Assembly: GCA_034408725.1 (NCBI GenBank)
Contig: JAWXCN010000268.1
Span: forward strand, 1 to 34,939
Reading direction: 5' to 3'
Source: Candidatus Hydrogenedentota bacterium
Lineage (GTDB): Bacteria; Hydrogenedentota; Hydrogenedentia; Hydrogenedentales; SLHB01
DNA: 34,939 nucleotides
Shown here: piece by piece, positions 8,785 to 15,960 of the stretch
Position numbering within the stretch: position 1 is the stretch's first letter
Layout: the number at the start of each line of letters is the position of its first letter
Position numbers and translations under genes: made by a program
The notes under the pieces: generated by a model
Told to the model about the DNA's origin: nothing
Seen by the model: the letters and a program-made list of their open reading frames with translations, nothing else
Database searches by the model: none

Positions 8785-10104
8785 TCACTCGAACACGATT
8801 TGCCCATACGAAACCGCGTCTGCGACGCCGTTATGGCCGATGACATCGATGGTGTTCGACTGCGCGTTTCCCGCGCGGACTGACGCGTTAAGAAAACTTC
8901 CAAACGGGGCCTTGAACGGGATGTCGATCAATTCTTCCGGATCGAGCTTCGGCGAAATCGGCATCAACACATTCCTTGTGTGCGCGCCGGAGACATATAA
9001 CAATGCGTACACATCTCCATTTGCCATAACATGAAACCGAGCGTTGCCAGGTTGTGTTTCAGCGTTGCCTTTTAACAGCACATGGCGCTCAATGGGTTTT
9101 CCCTCGCGTGCTATCGCCATCACAAGGTTACCGAGCGTGGATTTGCCCGGGAAAAACTTATCTCGCATGATCGCCGAGGAGACTTCGCGTTCGATATACA
9201 GGATGTAGGCGTCGCCGTTGGGGGCAATCCAGAGGTCCTGATTCGCGATATGGCCGGCGGTAGCGTCAACATTGGCGATTTCGATGGGGGCCGCAAACGC
9301 GGCCGATTTCAGGTCATTGCAGCGCGCATAAAACAAGCGGCGGAACACGTAGTCCCATTTGCTGCCGGTCTTCTCGAACTTATACTGCTGCCACTCTTTG
9401 TTCGGTTCGACAATATCGCCCACGGCGACGATGTGCGCGCGCCCGTTTTCGATGGCGACTTGCGGGTAACATGCCCGAATCGGAAACGTCAGCTTTCCAT
9501 TTCCGAAGGGTTGGCCGTCCATCGACAGAAAGCAGTAGTTCTGCTCGCTGGTTTGCGCGTCGATGTTAAACATCGCAATCTGCCTGTGTTGCGCGTCCGC
9601 GGCGTAACCCCGGTAGGAATGGTCGGTGAATGTTGGCGTACCTTCCCATGTGGGCGTCATTTTTCGCGAAACTATCGGTGGCGTGCCCAAATCGAATCTC
9701 AGGAGGTGCGGCTCGCACGCGCCGTACTCGGCGCCAGGTGGCATCAGCGAATCGTTGGCGTAGAGGTAAAGACCTTCCTTGGCGTCGGTGGTCAGTATCG
9801 TAGGTTCGCGCTGCTTATATGCATCGGCCTCGGCCAGCGGTTTCCAGCCATCAGTGGTGCGTTCCAACAAACGCCATCGCGTGTTGCACAATCGCGGCAC
9901 ATCTTCGCCCGTCTCCATCTGCGCGACGAAAACGCGATCACCTACGCGTGCAACCGGCGAACACCCAAAACTCCACATTGGCCCGGAGCCGTTGTCCGGA
10001 TTGGTGAAGGTATAAACGACTTCTTCTGCCGTAACGCGCGGCACGATGGCTGGTGATGCAATCGCGCCGAACAGGAGCGCGGCAATGGCGGCGCGCAGCA
10101 TCAT
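8785..10104 (-). CDS. Exported hypothetical protein, probable beta-propeller
   Basis: Signal peptide MMLRAAIAALLFGAIA; ATGA overlap with the upstream stop. Repeated blade-like motifs (VAIENGRAHIV, LWIAPNGDAYILY, FHVMANGDVYALLY). Confidence 0.8.
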   Translation of the reverse strand: MMLRAAIAALLFGAIASPAIVPRVTAEEVVYTFTNPDNGSGPMWSFGCSPVARVGDRVFVAQMETGEDVPRLCNTRWRLLERTTDGWKPLAEADAYKQREPTILTTDAKEGLYLYANDSLMPPGAEYGACEPHLLRFDLGTPPIVSRKMTPTWEGTPTFTDHSYRGYAADAQHRQIAMFNIDAQTSEQNYCFLSMDGQPFGNGKLTFPIRACYPQVAIENGRAHIVAVGDIVEPNKEWQQYKFEKTGSKWDYVFRRLFYARCNDLKSAAFAAPIEIANVDATAGHIANQDLWIAPNGDAYILYIEREVSSAIMRDKFFPGKSTLGNLVMAIAREGKPIERHVLLKGNAETQPGNARFHVMANGDVYALLYVSGAHTRNVLMPISPKLDPEELIDIPFKAPFGSFLNASVRAGNAQSNTIDVIGHNGVADAVSYGQIVFE

Positions 10105-10931
10105 GCTTTGTCGCACGCCTTCTGCCAGTTTTCCAAACCTTTTATCATGTGCGGGACTGGATTGTCGGGGTGGTTCTCGTATTCCAGCATGATCGGACCG
10201 GAAAAATTCAGTTCCTTCAGGGCCTTCGCGACCGCGACCAGGTCCATGTCCCCTTTACCCAACACCTGTTCTTCGGCGCCATGAATCCAGTCCTTCAAGT
10301 GCAATGAGTGCACGCGCTCACCCAATGCGGCGATCACCTCATGCGGCTTTTCGCCGGACCGGATCGAGTGGCCGGTGTCGACGCATGCGCCGACCAATAC
10401 ACTCGATCCTTTTACCGCGTCGATGGTGTCAGTTACTTTGTCATAGCGCGCGCCGGGTCCGTGATTGTGGATTCCCGCCTTGATGTTGAACTCTTTGCAA
10501 AGCGCATCCACGCTCGCAAAAGCTTTCGCGTCTTTGTCGATGTCCGCGGAGATCACCTCGAGTCCGAGCGCCTTCGCGAACTCGAATTTCTTGCGGTTTG
10601 CAGCGTCGTCGGCCGAGAAATGCTCTACCCCATACACGGGAACTTTTATGCCCGCGGTGGCAATGGTTTCTTTCACTTTCGCGAATCCGGGATCGGCCGC
10701 ATCGGGTTTGAAATGCACGGAGCAGAATTCCATGTTTGACAAGCCGAGCGCCTTAAGCTGCTCGATGGCGCCCTCGAAGGGAAAGTTACGGAAACTGTAG
10801 CTTTGCGAACCCATTCTGAAGCCCGCGTAGGCTTCAATATCTTTCTTCGCGGCGAAGGCCCGCGTACCCAGCGCGGCGGCGCCGAAGGCGGCACTGGATT
10901 TCAAAAACATGCGACGGCCAAAGGTTTTCAT
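10101..10931 (-). CDS. Sugar phosphate isomerase/epimerase-family (xylose isomerase-like TIM barrel) protein with Tat signal
   Basis: GRRMFLK Tat motif, QSYSFR, GIHNHG, CVDTGH, LHLKD, LGKGDMD and MLEYE metal-ligand motifs. Confidence 0.92.
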   Translation of the reverse strand: MKTFGRRMFLKSSAAFGAAALGTRAFAAKKDIEAYAGFRMGSQSYSFRNFPFEGAIEQLKALGLSNMEFCSVHFKPDAADPGFAKVKETIATAGIKVPVYGVEHFSADDAANRKKFEFAKALGLEVISADIDKDAKAFASVDALCKEFNIKAGIHNHGPGARYDKVTDTIDAVKGSSVLVGACVDTGHSIRSGEKPHEVIAALGERVHSLHLKDWIHGAEEQVLGKGDMDLVAVAKALKELNFSGPIMLEYENHPDNPVPHMIKGLENWQKACDKA

Positions 10932-10965
10932 TGATTGTTCTCCAGGTGAATTTTATCTCAACAGG

Positions 10966-11781
10966 TTACGCGGCGTCCGCCGTGCCCAGGAACTCGCGCG
11001 AGCGCACGACCCAGCATGCCACCGCGAGGAACACACACGATGCCACGATCAGAACGGACAACGCGAATGTGTGACCGACGGGGTAGACCTCGCGCATGAG
11101 TTCCGCGGGAAGTTCCACCTTGTCGATCTCGATTCGCCGGAACGGAACTTCCGGCAAAAGGCGTTGCACGTATTTTTGCAGCGTAAGAAAATCAGCATAC
11201 CCCGGCAGTGCAATGACCAGTTTCTCCCAGCCGAATATAAACAACGCGCTGAGCACGACGGGACGTCGTGACATTGTGCTGACGCTCACGCACAGCGCGC
11301 CGTACGCAATCAATGCGAGGGCAACGATTCCGGCGTAATGCAGGAGGAGCGGTAGATGTTCGCGCCAGGGTAGCTCGAGAAACACGGTAAAACTCGCGTA
11401 CGTCAGGGCCAGCGCAAACCACAGCAGCGAAATCGATACTGCGCAAAATGAAATGTATTTGCCGAGGACTATCGCAGAACGCGGCGCCGAGCGGGACAAC
11501 AACAGCGGCAGGGTGCGCCCTTCAATTTCTTCGGCGAGGAGGGAGCAGCCATATACGAGGGCGGTCAATGGCGTGACGGTCAGCACGAACATGAAAAGGA
11601 CGACGGCGTCGAGCAGCTTGATGCTGTCTTCGTCGATCTTGTCCGAATTAAACCACGCGATCACCGGCAGCAAAGCGGGCAGGGCAATAAGCACGGCCAT
11701 GATCCACGTCCGGCGCCGCCGCACATAGAGGTATGACGTAAACGTCATCACGGCGGTCAGCACATGGTAAAAATGCGCCAT
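10966..11781 (-). CDS. ABC-2-type transporter permease subunit
   Basis: About 6 hydrophobic segments plus the signature AEEIEGRTLPLLLSRSAPRSAIVLGKY. Confidence 0.9.
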   Translation of the reverse strand: MAHFYHVLTAVMTFTSYLYVRRRRTWIMAVLIALPALLPVIAWFNSDKIDEDSIKLLDAVVLFMFVLTVTPLTALVYGCSLLAEEIEGRTLPLLLSRSAPRSAIVLGKYISFCAVSISLLWFALALTYASFTVFLELPWREHLPLLLHYAGIVALALIAYGALCVSVSTMSRRPVVLSALFIFGWEKLVIALPGYADFLTLQKYVQRLLPEVPFRRIEIDKVELPAELMREVYPVGHTFALSVLIVASCVFLAVACWVVRSREFLGTADAA

Positions 11782-11783
11782 CG

Positions 11784-12737
11784 TTACTTTGCCTTCGCCG
11801 CATCTTCGGTAAGCGCGCGCACGAGGAGGTCCTCGAACGCGTCGCGGTCCTTCCAGCGCACGGCGCAGCGGACGGGCCGGCCTTTTTCATCGGGCACGGT
11901 ACTGCCTTTGTTGTCAATGGAAAGTTTGATCATTTCCATTTCCATGAATGTTTCGTCAAAGCAAAGATATGACGCGGCGGTATCGAACAGTATGCTGCTC
12001 GAATCGTTGGGGTGCTGCTTTCGGTTTGTCCACGCATCGTAGTTTAGAATGGTCGCCGTGGCGCGAGCGTTCTTCGAGTCCTTTACCTCGGCATAGCGTG
12101 GTCCCGTAAGGCGGAGCGTGCCGCAGATATCGAGCGGCGCCATCGTAATTTCCCACGGCGCGGCAAAAACGCCGCGCGCGGCGGCCACGTCGCGAAACAC
12201 GTTCCATTCCGGGTCGGGAGTCTTTTTACCCTCGTACCCAATGTATACGCTGCCTGCCATAAGCACGACGCGCGCATTGTCCGCGATCGACTTGTCGCGT
12301 TCGAGCGCGGCCTTGATATTCGTCTGCGGGCCGATCACGCACAGCGTCACTCGGTCAGGCGATGACTTGATGGCGTCGATCAATGCGCCAATACCGTCCT
12401 CGATCACTTTACCTTTGTAATTCTTCAACGAATAGTCGCCCAGCCAGGCGGCCTGGTTCAGCGGACGGTCGCTGTTTTTCACACCAGTAGCCAAAGGTAT
12501 ATCGGTGCGGCCCATAGCTTCGAGAATTTTTGCTACGAGCCGGGTTTTTGCGGGCGTGTCATCGGATGCGGTGACGATAAGTTTTACATCGATCTGGGGC
12601 GATCCCAGTAGCATTGCAAGCGCCCAGGTGTCGTCGATGTCGTCGCCAAGGTCGGTGTCGAGAACGACCGGTACAGGCGCGACAGCGGCGGCGGACACCG
12701 AACCCAGAACAAAAAACAGCAATGCCCAATGAACCAT
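11784..12737 (-). CDS. Nucleoside hydrolase (IU-NH family) with predicted signal peptide
   Basis: VVLDTDLGDDIDD Asp-rich Ca-binding motif, IGPQTNI, LMAGS, PEWNV..D and PLD. ATG 12737 follows GGAG. Confidence 0.9.
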   Translation of the reverse strand: MVHWALLFFVLGSVSAAAVAPVPVVLDTDLGDDIDDTWALAMLLGSPQIDVKLIVTASDDTPAKTRLVAKILEAMGRTDIPLATGVKNSDRPLNQAAWLGDYSLKNYKGKVIEDGIGALIDAIKSSPDRVTLCVIGPQTNIKAALERDKSIADNARVVLMAGSVYIGYEGKKTPDPEWNVFRDVAAARGVFAAPWEITMAPLDICGTLRLTGPRYAEVKDSKNARATATILNYDAWTNRKQHPNDSSSILFDTAASYLCFDETFMEMEMIKLSIDNKGSTVPDEKGRPVRCAVRWKDRDAFEDLLVRALTEDAAKAK

Positions 12738-12774
12738 TATGCGCTCCACTGATTACAGGCGAGAGTTGATGCGC

Positions 12775-13203
12775 TTACTGTGACTCAGGCGGCAGCAGTT
12801 TCGCAAGCACTGGTTCGAGCGGCGCCGCGGGGGGTTGTTGACGGATGACGACGACGAAGGGGTGACGCGCGAAAACGTCTGGGTTCTCCGGTATGGGTTG
12901 ACCCGCAACGGCTTCGGCGACGACCAGCAGCCTGCCCGCGGATTTGGCGATGTCGAAGACGCGCCGGTCCTCAATGCGCAGCACGTCCGCGAATAACTCG
13001 GGGCCTCTGATGCGAATGCCTTCATCGAACCGGAAATGGCTGTCCGTTGGTTTTGGCGCTTGCTCCTGGGACGCAACCTGAATTCCGGTGCTTTGCAATC
13101 GCGCGATGAGATCGGCCGCGGTTTCGATGCGGGGTGCGGTGGTGCAGCCGCAAATGAAAGCAAGCGATAGGAATGGCGTCGTGCGCACAAGTGTTTGGAT
13201 CAT
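12775..13203 (-). CDS. Hypothetical lipoprotein
   Basis: GGAG SD; MIQTLVRTTPFLSLAFICGC lipobox-like end; fits between its operon neighbours. Confidence 0.7.
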   Translation of the reverse strand: MIQTLVRTTPFLSLAFICGCTTAPRIETAADLIARLQSTGIQVASQEQAPKPTDSHFRFDEGIRIRGPELFADVLRIEDRRVFDIAKSAGRLLVVAEAVAGQPIPENPDVFARHPFVVVIRQQPPAAPLEPVLAKLLPPESQ

Positions 13204-13216
13204 AACGGGTCTCCGG

Positions 13217-14287
13217 TTACGGGGCGGCAATAACACCGAACTGGTTGTCCTCGACACTGCCGAGAAAAAGTTCGCCGTCGTACTCGTTCACGCTGGTTAT
13301 GGGCGCGAGGGTTCCGGACGGGTTCTGAAGGTTATGAATGACAGTGCCCTGCGCATCCAATCCGAGCACGAACGAGTACGGCTCGGCTTGGGGAAGCAGG
13401 CTATTTGGCAACTTCCACAATGTGCGCCGGACCAATGGGTATGGCCACAGCATGTCCGCTCGGGGATTGCGCGGAAATGCCAATGCCAGCCAAAACGTTC
13501 CCTTGCCATTCGAACTGATGTTGTCGGGAAACCCGGGCAAATTGTCGATGAACACGTCCCAAGTGCCCTTTTTCTGGCCATCGAGCCAATAGCGCATCAC
13601 GCGATAGTTCCAGGTCTCGTTCACGAGGACAAAGGTTTGATCCGGGCTGATCGCGACACCGTTGGCGAAACATAGATCATCGATGAGTTTCGTGACCTTT
13701 TGCGTTGCCGGATCGTATTTCAGAAAGCGTCCATTGCCGCGGTGCTCCATAAGGTCCGCGAGATAGTTCGGCGCGTGAAACTTCCAGGAGGCATCGGTGA
13801 AATAAATGGTCCCGTCGTTTGCGATGTCGAGGTCGTCGGTGAAACCGAAGGGAACGCCGCCGGCTTGCGTGGCGAGGGTTGTAATTGCGCCGGCGGCATC
13901 CACCGAGAGCAAGCCTTTGTGCGCGTCGCACACGATGAGATTGCCGTGTGCGTCAAACTGCATTCCGAGGGGCCGTCCGCCTGTGTTCACGAATTCGGAA
14001 AACTCCATTTCGCGCGTGAACCGGATGATGCGGCCATCGGCGACGCCGGTGTAGAAGCGGCCTTCCGAATCGCGCGCGATGTCTTCCGGTCCAGCGAATG
14101 CGCCGGATGCCGAAAAAGTTTTTACGGGCGACAGTGCTGTGTTCTGCGCGTAGACGCCGGTCAACGCGGGCGCGGGTGGAGGCGTCCACGCCGTGGGTTC
14201 TATTTCCGATGGCGCGGAAATGAGCCACGCCGCCATAGCAGCGAGCACGGCAATTCCCACAAGTGCAATTTGCGCGAGCCGTTTCAT
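13217..14287 (-). CDS. Strictosidine synthase / SMP-30-gluconolactonase-family beta-propeller, N-terminally anchored
   Basis: GPEDIA, TGGRPLG, DAHKGLL, IYFTDAS, FANGVA, VNET and NLPGFPDNI motifs. Confidence 0.92.
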   Translation of the reverse strand: MKRLAQIALVGIAVLAAMAAWLISAPSEIEPTAWTPPPAPALTGVYAQNTALSPVKTFSASGAFAGPEDIARDSEGRFYTGVADGRIIRFTREMEFSEFVNTGGRPLGMQFDAHGNLIVCDAHKGLLSVDAAGAITTLATQAGGVPFGFTDDLDIANDGTIYFTDASWKFHAPNYLADLMEHRGNGRFLKYDPATQKVTKLIDDLCFANGVAISPDQTFVLVNETWNYRVMRYWLDGQKKGTWDVFIDNLPGFPDNISSNGKGTFWLALAFPRNPRADMLWPYPLVRRTLWKLPNSLLPQAEPYSFVLGLDAQGTVIHNLQNPSGTLAPITSVNEYDGELFLGSVEDNQFGVIAAP

Positions 14288-14295
14288 GTGGCGCG

Positions 14296-14748
14296 TTACA
14301 CGCCAAACTGGCGGAGATGGTGATCGAAGTGCAGGGCGTGGAATTTCAGCCACTTTTTCCCGCCGATATTTCCGAAGTAGGGATGGTGCGGCGGCGAGAA
14401 CGAGCCCGCGCGCACTTCCACCAAAAGCCGGTCAATGGTCGCCTGAAGCACTGCAAGCTCGCAATCCCGCGGCTCCGGCGGCGAAACGTTCTTGGTGCGT
14501 GGCAACGGCACGTTTTTAGGAAATTTCATAACGCCGGTGAGCAGGAGCGGCGCCGCGATGTATTGAAACATGAAGGTGCCGCGAAACGGAAGCAGCGGCG
14601 TCTCGCCCAAGGTATACAACACAACGGAATTGCAATGATCGATCATTTGCGCGCCGCGCAATTTGCCCCATAAAGGCGTGGCGTCCGGCGCTACTTTCTC
14701 GAACCGGTTCAGAAACAATTGCTTTGTATTATCCGACAACCCAGCCAT
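14296..14748 (-). CDS. DUF1569 / DinB-like protein
   Basis: PLWGKL...QMIDHC and HPYFG...W...HFDHHLRQFGV; GGAGG SD. Confidence 0.88.
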   Translation of the reverse strand: MAGLSDNTKQLFLNRFEKVAPDATPLWGKLRGAQMIDHCNSVVLYTLGETPLLPFRGTFMFQYIAAPLLLTGVMKFPKNVPLPRTKNVSPPEPRDCELAVLQATIDRLLVEVRAGSFSPPHHPYFGNIGGKKWLKFHALHFDHHLRQFGV

Positions 14749-14770
14749 GGCACCCCTCCATTTCCTATAA

Positions 14771-14890
14771 GTTGCGGTAGCATACGCTACCTTGGCCAGC
14801 ACAGCGCGCCGTCCGTCCAATTACCCGTATGCTCACTGAAAGGCTCCGGCTCCGCCGGTAGTCAAAGCATAGCGTGCTACCGCAGTCCAT
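14771..14890. repeat. Degenerate inverted pair of family-A REP-like units
   Basis: TGCGGTAGCA (14773-14782) is inverted to TGCTACCGCA (14875-14884). The right unit reads AAAGCATAGCGTGCTACCGCAGTCCAT. Confidence 0.55.
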
Positions 14891-15031
14891 ATAATAACCC
14901 GCCATGAAACCTGGGCCATATTAGCGCGTTTGGCGCGCGAATGCATCGGGGCTTCGGGCGTTGAATTGTTTGGCGCCAACCCATAGGATTCCAGATTCGA
15001 TACGCATTCGCGCTTACATAGGAATCCATCA

Positions 15032-15949
15032 GTGAAAAAAGCTGTCCGAATCATCACTATCGCGTCCGTATTACTTATCATAGCTGGAATCATCGCCGTC
15101 TTCATCGTGAATTCCCGGTACGAGTTCCTGACCGACGCTCCACGGGTTTCGCACGAAACCCTCTTGACGCCGAACACCAGCATTCGCGCCGCATTTCAAC
15201 CGCCGCTTGCAAAACCACTTGTCGCTAAATTACTCGGCGATCAGGCGCCTTCGGATTGGATACTGGACCGCGTGATGCCGTATGAGGCCGCCGTAATGGC
15301 GGCCCCCGACGTGATCGAGAAGCGATTCGACGTCGTCCTGTTTTTGAATGCACGCCGACTGGCCCCGGTAATTTTAGACTATGCGAAAACTTTTGAGATA
15401 CCGCGGCACGCGCCTTTCCTGGAATGGGATACCGAGGGCTTTTCTCGTCCGCGTGCTGGTGTACTTGCGCTTACGGGCACGACGGACATCGACGACGAGA
15501 CGGCACAGGATGTTTTGGCGAACTGGGGGGTAGTGACGATTCCGGCGCGTCCGGTGCTTGAAGGCGGTCACCTTTGCGAAATTTCGATCGACAACCGCGA
15601 TGGCAGTCTCTATGGCGTCATTATGTTGATGTCGGCCAAGAGTGTAATAGAACTTCCGGTTAGCAGCGACATCATTCGTGACAGTCTGTTGCCCGTGGCG
15701 ACGCTTTATCTAGCGGGCGACATGGAGGGCGACGATGAATTGAAAGTGCGCCTGGTATGCGAGTGCCAACCGGGCGTTGAAGAGGGCGAAGTTACGGCGG
15801 TGAGTTTCACGCTTGGCGGGTTGATCGGCGAATTAACAAAGCTGGTGCAATCCCGCGGTTCGGACCTGGAAGGCAGCAAACGCACCGAGGGAACGACGAT
15901 TACCGGCGAATACACGATCGCGCCGTTTAGCAATTTGCTTGTGCAGTAG
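15032..15949 (+). CDS. Hypothetical protein with N-terminal transmembrane anchor
   Basis: MKKAVR followed by a roughly 20-residue hydrophobic helix; 305-aa ORF converging on the next gene with an 11-nt gap. Confidence 0.8.
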   Translation: MKKAVRIITIASVLLIIAGIIAVFIVNSRYEFLTDAPRVSHETLLTPNTSIRAAFQPPLAKPLVAKLLGDQAPSDWILDRVMPYEAAVMAAPDVIEKRFDVVLFLNARRLAPVILDYAKTFEIPRHAPFLEWDTEGFSRPRAGVLALTGTTDIDDETAQDVLANWGVVTIPARPVLEGGHLCEISIDNRDGSLYGVIMLMSAKSVIELPVSSDIIRDSLLPVATLYLAGDMEGDDELKVRLVCECQPGVEEGEVTAVSFTLGGLIGELTKLVQSRGSDLEGSKRTEGTTITGEYTIAPFSNLLVQ

Positions 15950-15960
15950 TGCGCCGCGTG

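Noticed and set aside
14982..15028. Direct repeat CATAGGA(T/A)TCCA at 14982-14993 and 15017-15028
   Set aside because: Only 12 bp with a mismatch, and the second copy overlaps the likely SD; cannot be separated from chance.
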